Source: an uncultured Chloroflexia bacterium
Lineage (GTDB): Bacteria > Chloroflexota > Anaerolineae > Anaerolineales > Anaerolineaceae
Assembly (NCBI GenBank): GCA_963704755.1
Contig: OY969938.1
Location: 3,810,001 to 3,842,000, forward strand
DNA: 32,000 nucleotides
Direction of reading: 5' to 3'
Shown here: positions 5,768-14,784 of the stretch, in pieces
How positions within the stretch are numbered: position 1 is the first letter of the stretch
How the letters are laid out: each line of letters opens with the position of its first letter
The notes under the pieces: model-generated
What the model was told of the DNA's origin: nothing
What the model saw: only the letters and a program-made list of their open reading frames with translations
Databases searched by the model: none
Position numbers and translations under genes: made by a program

Positions 5768-6730
5768 TTATTCCACTGGTGAATTTTCGAGAATTGCATC
5801 GATCTCTTCCAACACATCGTTGGTCAGTTTTTCCACGGCTTCAGCCGCGGCCAGATTTTCATCGAGTTGCTCCAGGCGGGACGCACCGGTAATAACGCTG
5901 CTGACTTCCTTGCGCCGCAGAATCCAGGCGATGGAAAGCTGGGCGGTGGTCAGGCCCAACTCGCCGGCCAGGTCGGTCAGGCGGCGGACCACGTCGATCC
6001 GCTCCGGGGTAATGTACTGGTTGATCCAGGCCTGGCCTTCCAGGGTGGCCCGGCTTCCGGCCGGGATACCTTCGTTGTATTTGCCGGTCAAAATACCGTA
6101 ATACAGCGGGCTGAAACTGATCAAGCCCAGACCCAGGTCGTGGCTGACCGGGAAAATTTCGTCTTCTACCCGGCGGCGATGAAACAGGTGATAGCGGGGC
6201 TGTTCCATGGTGGGGGGCACCAGGTTCAACTCCCGGCAGACACCAAATAACTGCGAGATCTGGTAGGCCTCCCATTCGGAGGTGCCCCAATACAGAATTT
6301 TCCCGCGGTGAACCAGATCGTCCATCACCCGGGCGGTCTCTTCCAGAGGAGTATCCGGGTCGAAACGATGGCAGAAATACAAATCGATATACTCTACCCC
6401 AAAGCGTTTCAACGAGGCATCGATCGATTCGGTGATATGTTTGCGCGACAACCCGCGCCCATTGGGACCGGGCATGGTCGGCCAGAAGACCTTCGAAGAA
6501 AGGATCAGGGCTTCGCGCGGTAAACCGCGGATGGCCTTGCCCATGATCGTTTCCGCCTGGCCGTTGGCATACATATCGGCATTGTCGAAAAAGTTCACCC
6601 CTTGCTCGTAAGCGCTATTGATCAGATCCGAGGCGGCTTTTTCGTCGACCTGGCTGCCAAAGGTGATCCAAGAACCCAGGGATATTTCGCTTACTTTCAA
6701 GCCAGAATGGCCTAACCGGCGATAGTGCAT
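5768..6730 (-). CDS. aldo/keto reductase (Kv-beta/AKR6-like subfamily)
   Basis: MHYRRLGHSGLKVSEISLGSW..., FFDNADMYANGQAE, LYFCHRFDPDTP and YWGTSEW. I start at ATG 6730 after AAGGAG. The track's longer ORF (to 6862) reads into repeat element R2. Confidence 0.85.
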   Translation of the reverse strand: MHYRRLGHSGLKVSEISLGSWITFGSQVDEKAASDLINSAYEQGVNFFDNADMYANGQAETIMGKAIRGLPREALILSSKVFWPTMPGPNGRGLSRKHITESIDASLKRFGVEYIDLYFCHRFDPDTPLEETARVMDDLVHRGKILYWGTSEWEAYQISQLFGVCRELNLVPPTMEQPRYHLFHRRRVEDEIFPVSHDLGLGLISFSPLYYGILTGKYNEGIPAGSRATLEGQAWINQYITPERIDVVRRLTDLAGELGLTTAQLSIAWILRRKEVSSVITGASRLEQLDENLAAAEAVEKLTNDVLEEIDAILENSPVE

Positions 6731-6754
6731 TGATTCTCCTTGGAAAGGAAGAGA

Positions 6755-6962
6755 TTGGTAAAGAGAGAGTAGATAATAGTAATAAGGCGATAAGGCGATG
6801 AGGCGATGAGGCGATGAGGCAACGAGGAAATGAGGCGATAAGGCAACGAGGCGATAAGGCAACGAGGCGATAAGGCAATGAGGAACGAGGGTGTCACCTC
6901 ATTACCTCATTACCTCGTTGCCTTGTTGCCTTATTACTATTCTCTACTCTCCATTCTCTGCC
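6755..6962. repeat. foldback repeat element R2 (octamer array with heptamer-type arms)
   Basis: Thirteen tandem 8-bp units at 6782-6885 (ATAAGGCG, ATGAGGCG, ACGAGGCG, ATAAGGCA and similar). Five inverted units at 6897-6936 (CCTCATTA x2, CCTCGTTG, CCTTGTTG, CCTTATTA). The arms are GAGAGTAGATAATAGTAA (6765-6782) and TTACTATTCTCTACTCTC (6934-6951). Confidence 0.9.
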
Positions 6963-8311
6963 TTCTCCACCTTCTCCGCCTTTTCTCCATCCCCAATTCC
7001 CAGGGGTTTCCATTTATCCTGGTTGGCGCGCAGGCGGTGTTGGCCGCCGCCGCGATTGTGCAGCAGGTCGAACCCTTCGGGTTTGATGAACATTTCTTCG
7101 CCATCCAGCAGTCCGGTCAGGCCGGACTGGCCGGGTTCGGGACGCTTGTTCTGGCAATATTTGCAGGTTTTGGGGTCGTGGGGTTTGTAACTGACCGGCT
7201 CTTCGTAAGTGGTCACGTAGCCTTCGTAATTACGCAGAATCACCTTGTGGTCCGAGGCGCTGATCTGGTAATTGGGCATCACCGGGATCTTGCCGCCGCC
7301 GCCAGGGGCATCCACCACAAAGGTGGGCACGGCGTACCCGGAAGTGTGCCCGCGCAGCCCTTCGATGATCTCGATCCCTTTGGCCACCGGGGTGCGGAAA
7401 TGGCCCGCGCCTTCCACCAGGTCGCACTGATATAAATAGTAGGGACGCACGCGGATGCGTACCAGCTTCTGGACCAGCTCGCGTTGAATATGGACACAGT
7501 CGTTGATGCCGGCCAATAGCACCGACTGGTTGCCCAGCGGAACACCGGCTCGCGAAAGCCGGTCACAGGCGTCGGCTAGCTCCTGGGTGATCTCGTTGGG
7601 ATGGTTGACGTGGATATTCATCCACAAGGGATGGTATTTTTGGAGGGTATCGCAAAACTCCGCGGTGATGCGTTGGGGCATGAAGACCGGCACACGCGAG
7701 CCGATGCGGATGATCTCGATATGGGGGATCTCACGCAGGCGGGCCAGCAGCTCGTCCAGCAGCTTGGGCGCCAGGGTGAGCGGGTCGCCGCCCGAGAGGA
7801 GCACGTCCCGTACTTGAGGCGTGTTCTTTAAATATTCAATTTGTAAGTCGAAATCGTGGCGCGAGAAGTTGGCCGTCGGGTCGCCGACGATGCGCGAGCG
7901 GGTGCAGTAGCGGCAGTAACTGGCACACTGGGTGGTGACGAGCATCAGCACCCGGTCTGGGTAGCGGTGGACCAATCCGGGCACCGGGGAATGGCGGTCT
8001 TCGGCCAGCGAATCCTCCATCATGCCCGTAAACGGCGTGATCTCATCCGCGGTCGGCATGACCTGCAACCGGATCGGGTCGTTCGGGTCATTTGGGTCGA
8101 TCAGCGAAGCGAAATAAGGGGTGATATCTACCCGGAACAACCCTTGCGTGGATAATGCTTTTCTTTCACTATCGGTAAGGGGGAACAGCCGCTCGAATTC
8201 TTCGACGCTATTGAGGCGGTGGCTCAACTGCCAGCGCCAGTCATTCCATTTTTCGTCCGGTACATCTGCATAAACAGGGGCGCGCTTAGAAATAAAGGGT
8301 GTGGGGCTCAT
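6944..8311 (-). CDS. kamA: lysine 2,3-aminomutase (radical SAM, KamA family)
   Basis: CASYCRYCTRSR (CxxxCxxC) radical-SAM motif, a KamA-type N-terminus (EKWNDWRWQLSHRLNSVEEFERL), and SGGDPL. I start at ATG 8311 (MSPTPFISK) after AAGGAG. The last ~14 codons lie in repeat R2. Confidence 0.85.
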   Translation of the reverse strand: MSPTPFISKRAPVYADVPDEKWNDWRWQLSHRLNSVEEFERLFPLTDSERKALSTQGLFRVDITPYFASLIDPNDPNDPIRLQVMPTADEITPFTGMMEDSLAEDRHSPVPGLVHRYPDRVLMLVTTQCASYCRYCTRSRIVGDPTANFSRHDFDLQIEYLKNTPQVRDVLLSGGDPLTLAPKLLDELLARLREIPHIEIIRIGSRVPVFMPQRITAEFCDTLQKYHPLWMNIHVNHPNEITQELADACDRLSRAGVPLGNQSVLLAGINDCVHIQRELVQKLVRIRVRPYYLYQCDLVEGAGHFRTPVAKGIEIIEGLRGHTSGYAVPTFVVDAPGGGGKIPVMPNYQISASDHKVILRNYEGYVTTYEEPVSYKPHDPKTCKYCQNKRPEPGQSGLTGLLDGEEMFIKPEGFDLLHNRGGGQHRLRANQDKWKPLGIGDGEKAEKVEKAENGE

Positions 8312-8393
8312 TTGCCAGGCTCCTTGAGCAAATTTCGGAGATAAATTGCGTTTGCCCGGCGAACAATAATTGGGATAGTCCTGCCAGAGCAGT

Positions 8394-8408
8394 TGCAATT
8401 AAATTGCA
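8394..8408. promoter_or_regulatory. perfect 7-1-7 palindrome TGCAATT-A-AATTGCA, candidate operator upstream of kamA
   Basis: Additional AAATTGC half-sites at 8343-8349 and 8423-8429. All lie within about 120 bp of the kamA start. Confidence 0.4.
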
Positions 8409-8448
8409 TTTGTCAGGAACAAAAATTGCAGAAAAAGATTAAATATCG

Positions 8449-8559
8449 GTAACCGCTCAACCGCAAGGGTAAGGGCCTTGAAATTAGGTGCTCACAAGAG
8501 GTTCGCCCCCTTTAACACCACAATTCCGGGAGCTGCACAGCACGGGCTTGAGCAGATAC
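8449..8559. repeat. 111-bp nested-palindrome element, degenerate copy
   Basis: GTAACCGCTCAACCGCAAGGGTAAGGGCC...GCTTGAGCAGATAC aligns end to end with the 19605-19716 element. The central hairpin is decayed. Confidence 0.65.
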
Positions 8560-8879
8560 AAATATTGTATGCTTTATTGTAATCATTAATAGCGCTAATT
8601 CTATAATCGAGCCAAAAGTCGTTTATGAATTTGCGTTATGAAGTTATTGTACGAACAAATAAATCTGAGGTCAATCAGAAAAATCGAGGGATCAGGGGAA
8701 TTGCATCATGAATTAGTCTGCGATAATAATTTTTGTGGTGTGTACTTCCAGAAGAACGTCTCGCAGCGACACTTACCCGCCTTCGAAAAGAGGAACACAA
8801 GGCTGGATAGGTTGTCCGAAAGGAGCCGCGTATGCCCTGGTGGAGATACGTTCGTGTAAACTCGCCAGCAACGCTGCTT

Positions 8880-9008
8880 ATTAAATTAACGTCAATTCGG
8901 GATAAGAATTTTTTAGTGTGTTTTTATTCGTGGCGGCGCAGCCGCCACGAATAAAAACACACTAAAATTACCTTTCTTTTCTTTCATCCCGAATTCAAGT
9001 TAAATTAG
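8880..9008. repeat. nested palindrome containing a perfect 27-bp-arm hairpin (8911-8967)
   Basis: Core is TTTTAGTGTGTTTTTATTCGTGGCGGC-gca-GCCGCCACGAATAAAAACACACTAAAA, perfect. The outer arms are TTAAATTAACGTCAATTCGGGATAAGAA / TTCTTTCATCCCGAATTCAAGTTAAATTA, imperfect. Confidence 0.85.
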
Positions 9009-9010
9009 AA

Positions 9011-9062
9011 TCGAACCGGCCCTGGACCTTATGGGTTGGCATGGGGTCCGGAGCCGGTTCGA
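9011..9062 (-). terminator. hairpin 3' of the PNPOx-family gene
   Basis: TCGAACCGGC (9011-9020) pairs with GCCGGTTCGA (9053-9062), plus GGACC/GGTCC. On the minus strand it is followed by a T-rich TAATTTAAC. Confidence 0.5.
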
Positions 9063-9089
9063 ATTATTTTAGACCGCAGAGACCTGAGG

Positions 9090-9497
9090 TCAGGCGATCT
9101 GCTTGCCCGCATTCGGACCACTGGATTGGTCAAAAATGGTCGCCTCGGTAATGCGAACCACCGCGTGAGGTGTGGGTAACTTTGGATTCATTTTCTTGAC
9201 CCATTCGACAGTCTGGTCAAAAAGCAAGCCCGCGGTAATCGGTTCGGCGGTGCCTTTGAAGAGATAGGATTTGCGTACCTGATCGTCATAGACCATGACG
9301 GCCACCTGGGGGTTTTCGCTCAGGTTTTCCTGGGTCTTTTTGGAGAAAAGGTCGGCAAACATCAGGTGTTCATCATCCAACAGCCGCAGGGAACCTTTGA
9401 TAGCAATGTTGGGCATCCCATCTTTGGATGCTGTGGCCACCCATCCCTGTTTACCCTGGAGAAATTGCTGGATATCCTCCGGTATTTTTACAGCCAT
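9090..9497 (-). CDS. pyridoxamine 5'-phosphate oxidase family (FMN-binding split-barrel) protein
   Basis: 135 aa. WVATASKDGMPNIAIKGSLRLLDDEHLMFADLFSKKTQENL is typical of the PNPOx-like split-barrel family. GGAGG SD. Confidence 0.7.
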   Translation of the reverse strand: MAVKIPEDIQQFLQGKQGWVATASKDGMPNIAIKGSLRLLDDEHLMFADLFSKKTQENLSENPQVAVMVYDDQVRKSYLFKGTAEPITAGLLFDQTVEWVKKMNPKLPTPHAVVRITEATIFDQSSGPNAGKQIA

Positions 9498-9753
9498 GAT
9501 TTACCTCCGTTGAAATTTCTTTTCGACTTTATGCACAACTTGGAACATTGCCAGTATAGCGCCTTGGGCCGGTTTGGAGAACTAACGAATTGCATATTCC
9601 TGAAAACGAACGGGTGATTTTTGAAAAGAAACCTGAATCGAGGGATTTGGCGGGATAAAGCAATAAAACCAACCCTTTCAATTGCGGTAATTGAGCAGCC
9701 GCAGGTAATCGTGCATATAGTATAAGAAAAGTATATGAACCGATCAACGATTC

Positions 9754-9782
9754 TTGACTGACGATTAACGGCATGGTATCAT
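9754..9782 (+). promoter_or_regulatory. sigma70-type promoter of the hrcA operon
   Basis: TTGACT (9754-9759), a 17-nt spacer, then TATCAT (9777-9782). Confidence 0.7.
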
Positions 9783-9798
9783 GATGCAATAGTGTGTT

Positions 9799-9825
9799 TT
9801 AGCACTCTCGAGCCGAGAGTGCTAA
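9799..9825 (+). promoter_or_regulatory. CIRCE operator (HrcA binding site)
   Basis: TTAGCACTC-N9-GAGTGCTAA, a perfect match to the CIRCE consensus, between the promoter and the hrcA ATG. Confidence 0.95.
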
Positions 9826-9838
9826 TAATGAGTAGACA

Positions 9839-10906
9839 ATGAATGAGTTAACCGAACGGCAGAAAGTTATCCTAACCCTGGTGATCCACGAATACATCCG
9901 CGACGCAGTTGCGGTGGGTTCAAACACGCTGGTTTCCCGGTATAAACTAGATTACAGTTCGGCGACGGTGCGCAATGAATTGGCCGCACTGACCGAGATG
10001 GGTTATCTGCGCCAGCCGCACACTTCTGCTGGGCGGATCCCCTCGGAGGAGGGCTACCGGTATTTCGTCACCCGGCTGATCCGGGCCAGCGACCTGCCGT
10101 ACACCAATCGCCAGACCATCAGTCACCAGTTTTACCAGATCCGGAACGATGTCGAACAGTGGGTGCACCTGGCGGCTTCGGTGTTGGCGCGCCAATCGCG
10201 GGTGGCTTCTCTGATCACTTCGCCGCATCCGGAACGGGCCAGGCTCAAACATGTCGAGTTGATTGCGACCCGTGGCCGGCAGATTTTGATGGTCCTGGTC
10301 ATGGTGGGCGGTGAAATCCACCAGCGGATCCTTTCGCTGGATGAGCCGGTCACCCAGGAGCAGCTTTCGCAGTCGGCGAACCGGATCAACCAGTTCTTTC
10401 AAAACCTGGATGCGGACGAGATCAAAGCCCGCCGCTCCCAGTTAAACGGACTGGACCTGGATATTGCCGATTGGCTGAGTGAGGACATGCAGCAAGCCGA
10501 TGCGATGGTCGCCGGCGAAGTAATCGTCGATGGATTGACCAACGTGCTCTCGGAGCCGGAATTTACCGGATCGGACGATGCCCGCAAAGCCCTGCGTTTA
10601 TTGGAAGAACGGACTCTGCTGCAAGACCTGGTGGCCCGGACGAACCAAAATGGCGGCCAGGATGGCGTGCAGGTGCTCATTGGCGGCGAAGGCAATTGGG
10701 AAGAACTGCGCCAGTGGTCGATCGTGCTGGGCAGGTACGGCCTGCCGGGTTTCGCGACCGGCACCCTGGGCGTGTTAGGCCCGCTGCGTATGTCCTATGG
10801 GCGAGCAATTTCTACGGTAAGGTTCTTATCCGGGGTGCTCAGCGACCTGGTCGCCGATACCCTGGTTGACGATATCACGACACCTACAGACGAGGTGAAT
10901 TTATGA
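9839..10906 (+). CDS. hrcA: heat-inducible transcription repressor HrcA
   Basis: LTERQKVILTLVIHEYIRDAVAVGSNTL...VRNELAALTEMGYLRQPHTSAGRIPS, with a CIRCE operator upstream and grpE downstream. Confidence 0.95.
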   Translation: MNELTERQKVILTLVIHEYIRDAVAVGSNTLVSRYKLDYSSATVRNELAALTEMGYLRQPHTSAGRIPSEEGYRYFVTRLIRASDLPYTNRQTISHQFYQIRNDVEQWVHLAASVLARQSRVASLITSPHPERARLKHVELIATRGRQILMVLVMVGGEIHQRILSLDEPVTQEQLSQSANRINQFFQNLDADEIKARRSQLNGLDLDIADWLSEDMQQADAMVAGEVIVDGLTNVLSEPEFTGSDDARKALRLLEERTLLQDLVARTNQNGGQDGVQVLIGGEGNWEELRQWSIVLGRYGLPGFATGTLGVLGPLRMSYGRAISTVRFLSGVLSDLVADTLVDDITTPTDEVNL

Positions 10907-11517
10907 CTGAGGAGAAAAAGAAACGCACCCGGCGTCCGGCCAGCCCTTCGACCGAAGGGGTGGAAACACCAGAGACCGGGCCGGTTTCAGAGACCATGCA
11001 ACCAGAAGAACAATCTGCCGAAAACCCGGCTGTAGCTGACCTTCAGACAAACGAAGTTGAGTTGTTGAAAAATGAATTGACCGAAGCACAGGGCAAGTGC
11101 AAGGAATATTTCGAAGGTTGGCAACGGGAACGGGCCGACTTCGTAAACTATAAGAAGCGTGTGGAGCGTGACCAAACCCAGCTTCACCAGGTGATCACGG
11201 CCAATATCATCAAAAAGTTCCTGACAGTTCAGGATGATATGATCCGGGCAATCAAAAACAAGCCGGAAGGTGTCGAGGCCAACGAGTGGTGGTCGGGCGT
11301 CGAATTGATCACCCGCAAGCTCCAGGGCATCCTGGATGCTGAAGGGGTCCAACCAATAGCCCGAGAGAACGACGATTTCGATCCGAACCGGCACGAGGCC
11401 ATCTCTCACGAAGATCATCCCGAGATCGAGAGCGGCAAGGTCATCGAAGTGGTCCAGCAAGGGTACGCAATTGGTGATCGTATTATCCGCCCGGCGTTGG
11501 TACGGGTGGCCCGTTAA
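10903..11517 (+). CDS. grpE: nucleotide exchange factor GrpE
   Basis: ATGA overlap with hrcA. Motifs RERADFVNYKKRVERD and FDPNRHEA...GYAIGDRIIRPALVRV. Confidence 0.95.
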   Translation: MTEEKKKRTRRPASPSTEGVETPETGPVSETMQPEEQSAENPAVADLQTNEVELLKNELTEAQGKCKEYFEGWQRERADFVNYKKRVERDQTQLHQVITANIIKKFLTVQDDMIRAIKNKPEGVEANEWWSGVELITRKLQGILDAEGVQPIARENDDFDPNRHEAISHEDHPEIESGKVIEVVQQGYAIGDRIIRPALVRVAR

Positions 11518-11571
11518 ATCCGAGAAATTTTAAAGAGTTTATTCCTTGATAAACTTTGCAGGAGGAATCGT

Positions 11572-13488
11572 ATGGGAAAGATTGTTGGCATTGATTTAGG
11601 TACGACAAATTCCGTGGTAGCGGTGATGATGGGCGGAGAGCCGACGGTGATCCCTTCCGCTGAAGGCGAACGCCTGGTTCCCTCGGTGGTGGCAGTCAAC
11701 AAGAATGGTGAACGTCTTGTCGGGCGAGCTGCCCGTAACCAGGGCATCGTCAACCCTGAAAACACCATTTTTTCGATCAAACGGTTGATGGGGCGTAAAT
11801 ATGACGACCCAGAGGTTGCCCGCACGATCAGCCGGGTACCTTATAAAATAACCAAGGCCCCGAATGGAGATGCGCGCGTCGTGATGGGCGGGCGGGATTA
11901 CTCACCGCAGGAAGTTTCCGCCATGATCCTGGCGAAACTTAAAGCCGACGCCGAAGCCTACCTGGGTGAAAGCGTTACCCAGGCGGTGATCACCGTGCCG
12001 GCTTATTTCAATGATGCCCAGCGAAACGCCACCAAAGACGCCGGAAAAATCGCCGGGTTGGAAGTCATGCGGATTATCAATGAACCGACCGCCTCTTCTC
12101 TGGCTTATGGGTTGGATAAACGCAAGAATGAAGTCATTGCGGTATACGACCTGGGTGGTGGTACCTTCGATATCTCGATTCTGGATGTCGGCGACGGCGT
12201 TTTCCAGGTCAAATCGACCAGCGGCGATACCTTCTTGGGCGGCGATGACTTCGACCTGCGCCTGATGGATTACCTGATCGATGAGTTCAAGAAGGAATCC
12301 AGTATCGATCTGCATCAAGATCGCCAGGCTTTACAGCGTTTGAAAGAGGCCTCCGAAAAGGCCAAAATCGAACTTTCCAGCGTTATGCAAACCGAAATCA
12401 ACCTGCCCTACCTGACCGCCGACGCCAGCGGGCCAAAACATATGGTCAAGAACCTGACCCGTGCCAAACTGGAACAGTTGACCTCTGACCTGGTGGACCG
12501 CTCGTTGCAGCCGGTGCGCCGGGCCCTTTCCGACGCCGGTTTGAAAGCAGCCGAGATCAACGAAGTGGTCCTGGTGGGTGGAATGACCCGTATGCCGGCC
12601 GTGCAAGAAGCCGTCCGGCGTGAATTCAACCGGGACCCGCACAAGGGCGTCAACCCGGATGAGGTCGTGGCAGTCGGCGCAGCCATTCAGGCGGCCGTAC
12701 TGGGCGGTGAGGTCAAAGACGTTATCCTGGTGGATGTGACCCCCTTGACCCTTTCGGTCGAGACCTACGGCGGCGTGGCCACCCCGATGGTTGAACGCAA
12801 TTCGGCCATTCCGACCAGCAAAACTCAGGTATATTCGACCGCTGCCGATGGGCAGACCCAGGTGGAAATTCACGTGCTGCAGGGCGAGCGTCCCATGGCC
12901 ACGGATAACAAATCCCTGGGCCGCTTCATCCTGGACGGAATTCCGCCAGCCCCGCGGGGTATGCCCCAGATCGAAGTTACCTTCGACATTGACGCCAACG
13001 GTATTTTGACCGTAACCGCTAAGGACAAGGCCTCGAACCGCAGCCAGCATATCACCATCACCGCGTCTTCCGGCCTGACTGATAACGAAGTGGAAAAAAT
13101 GCGTAAGGAAGCCGAAAGCCACGCGGAAGAAGACCGCAAGCATAAAGAGCTGGTCGAAGCCCGCAATTACGCCGACAATACGGCCTACACTGCTGAAAAG
13201 ACCTTGAAAGATTACGGCGATAAAGTCTCCGCGGACTTGAAGGACCAGGCGCAAAAAGGCATCGATCATCTCAAATCGCTGATGCAAAGCGATAACAGTG
13301 AAGAAATTCGCAAGGCAACTGAGGACCTCGGCCAGATCATTCAGAAGATCGGCGGCTCGATGTACCAGCAGCCAGAAAACCCGGCTGCCGGTCCAACCGG
13401 TCCAACCGGCCCTGCCGGCGAACCCGGTCCTGGCGATCAGAAACCCGGCGGCGATGACGTCGTCGAAGGCGAATTCAAGGAGCAATAA
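11572..13488 (+). CDS. dnaK: molecular chaperone DnaK (Hsp70)
   Basis: [43 protein letters not shown]. Confidence 0.98.
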   Translation: MGKIVGIDLGTTNSVVAVMMGGEPTVIPSAEGERLVPSVVAVNKNGERLVGRAARNQGIVNPENTIFSIKRLMGRKYDDPEVARTISRVPYKITKAPNGDARVVMGGRDYSPQEVSAMILAKLKADAEAYLGESVTQAVITVPAYFNDAQRNATKDAGKIAGLEVMRIINEPTASSLAYGLDKRKNEVIAVYDLGGGTFDISILDVGDGVFQVKSTSGDTFLGGDDFDLRLMDYLIDEFKKESSIDLHQDRQALQRLKEASEKAKIELSSVMQTEINLPYLTADASGPKHMVKNLTRAKLEQLTSDLVDRSLQPVRRALSDAGLKAAEINEVVLVGGMTRMPAVQEAVRREFNRDPHKGVNPDEVVAVGAAIQAAVLGGEVKDVILVDVTPLTLSVETYGGVATPMVERNSAIPTSKTQVYSTAADGQTQVEIHVLQGERPMATDNKSLGRFILDGIPPAPRGMPQIEVTFDIDANGILTVTAKDKASNRSQHITITASSGLTDNEVEKMRKEAESHAEEDRKHKELVEARNYADNTAYTAEKTLKDYGDKVSADLKDQAQKGIDHLKSLMQSDNSEEIRKATEDLGQIIQKIGGSMYQQPENPAAGPTGPTGPAGEPGPGDQKPGGDDVVEGEFKEQ

Positions 13489-13526
13489 ATCCGCTCATCG
13501 CAGCAGGAAATTCGTGTAATGCAAAA

Positions 13527-13567
13527 ATGTGGAATGTTCCGGCACCTCGTGCCGGGCCATTCCACAT
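13527..13567 (+). other. imperfect 19-bp-arm hairpin between dnaK and dnaJ
   Basis: ATGTGGAATGTTCCGGCAC-ctc-GTGCCGGGCCATTCCACAT with 2 mismatches and no U-tract. It may be an attenuator or processing site. Confidence 0.5.
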
Positions 13568-13662
13568 ACCGCTATGCAGGGGGGATGGGCAAAACATGTC
13601 TTCGGGCTTATTTGTAACCCTATCGGAGATTCGGGATAGATATTGGATTGATTGGATGATTC

Positions 13663-14784
13663 ATGGCACAGCGTGATTACTATGAGGTGTTAGGTGTAGC
13701 CCGGAATGCAAGCGCGGATGAGATTAAGTCAGCGTTTCGTGGTTTAGCGCGCAAATTTCACCCGGACGTCAATAAAGAAGCCGGGGCGGAGCAGATGTTC
13801 AAAGAAATCAACGAGGCCTACGCCGTTCTTTCTGACACCGAAAAGCGGGCTGCTTACGATCGCTATGGTCACGCCGGCTTGAACGGAATGGGTGGCGTTC
13901 CCGATTACTCCACCGTCGATTTTTCGGACATCTTCGAGGAGTTCTTTGGTTTTGGTATGGGCGGCAGCAGCCGTGGGCGGCGCAGAAACACCCCCCGGCG
14001 GGGAGCCGACCTGAGTTATACCCTGAACCTGAACTTCGAAGAGGCAATTTTTGGGGTAGAAAAAGAAATCGAGATCTCGCGCGATGAAGAGTGCGCAACC
14101 TGTCATGGCACCGGGGCAGAACCGGGTACTTCGCCGACGCGTTGCTCCACCTGCGGTGGGCGCGGCGAAGTCCGCCAGACCCGCCAGACATTCCTGGGCT
14201 CGATGGTGCAGGTCATCACCTGCCCGGCTTGCGGCGGTACCGGCGAAGTGATTGTCACTCCCTGCCATACCTGCCACGGACGCAGGGTAGAGCACAAGAC
14301 GATCAAGAAAAACGTCTCTATCCCAGCCGGTGTGGATAATGGTAATCAAATCCGCCTGTCGGGCGAGGGGCAGCCGGGTGAGAACGGCGGGCCGAACGGG
14401 AATCTGTACCTGGAGGTTCACGTCAAGGATCACAAATTCTTCCGGCGTAAAAATGACGACTTGATCCTGGATTTGAACATCAATATTGCCCAGGCTGTAT
14501 TGGGGTCCGAGATCGACGTGCCCACCATCGATGGGTCAACCAAATTAACTGTGCCGTCCGGTACACAGCCCGGACGGATTTTTCGCTTGAAGAACCGCGG
14601 CGTACCCAACGTACACAGCGGCCACAAAGGCGATGAAGTCGTGGTCGTTAACGTGGAAGTACCCAGCAAACTAACTGCCGATCAGCGCAAGCTTTTTGAA
14701 CAGTTAGCGCAAACCCTGGGGACTGAGGTACGTCCACAGGAAAAGAGTTTCCTGGACGTTCTAAAAGAGGTATTGGGTGGCTGA
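13663..14784 (+). CDS. dnaJ: molecular chaperone DnaJ (Hsp40)
   Basis: J-domain DYYEVLGV...HPD, a G/F region, and four CxxCxGxG zinc-finger repeats. Confidence 0.97.
   Translation: MAQRDYYEVLGVARNASADEIKSAFRGLARKFHPDVNKEAGAEQMFKEINEAYAVLSDTEKRAAYDRYGHAGLNGMGGVPDYSTVDFSDIFEEFFGFGMGGSSRGRRRNTPRRGADLSYTLNLNFEEAIFGVEKEIEISRDEECATCHGTGAEPGTSPTRCSTCGGRGEVRQTRQTFLGSMVQVITCPACGGTGEVIVTPCHTCHGRRVEHKTIKKNVSIPAGVDNGNQIRLSGEGQPGENGGPNGNLYLEVHVKDHKFFRRKNDDLILDLNINIAQAVLGSEIDVPTIDGSTKLTVPSGTQPGRIFRLKNRGVPNVHSGHKGDEVVVVNVEVPSKLTADQRKLFEQLAQTLGTEVRPQEKSFLDVLKEVLGG

Noticed and set aside
5034-6101. ORFs 5034..5627 (-), 5393..5782 (+) and 5439..6101 (+)
   Set aside because: They overlap the well-supported DUF4190 and AKR genes or run through the inverted repeat. 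They have no SD and no family resemblance.
6782-6936. Octamer array as a possible CRISPR array, or as coding repeats (track ORFs with PHRLIALSP-type peptides)
   Set aside because: The units are 8 bp without spacers. The ORFs are open in several frames on both strands only because the repeat lacks stop codons. The true neighbours have good SD-preceded starts outside the array.
8312-8640. Possible lysine riboswitch (L-box) in the kamA leader
   Set aside because: No recognisable L-box core. Much of the apparent structure belongs to a decayed copy of the 111-bp palindromic element.
8638-8859. 73-aa ORF in the AT-rich gap
   Set aside because: No SD and no recognisable domain, and the composition is typical of AT-rich non-coding DNA. 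I kept it only as a note inside a finding.
9053-9065. GCCGGTTCGAATT resembling a tRNA T-loop
   Set aside because: It is the 3' arm of the terminator hairpin 9011-9062, and there is no cloverleaf context.
11902-13485. Long minus-strand ORFs (138 and 384 aa) opposite dnaK
   Set aside because: They are antisense shadows of dnaK, a GC-rich third-position effect.
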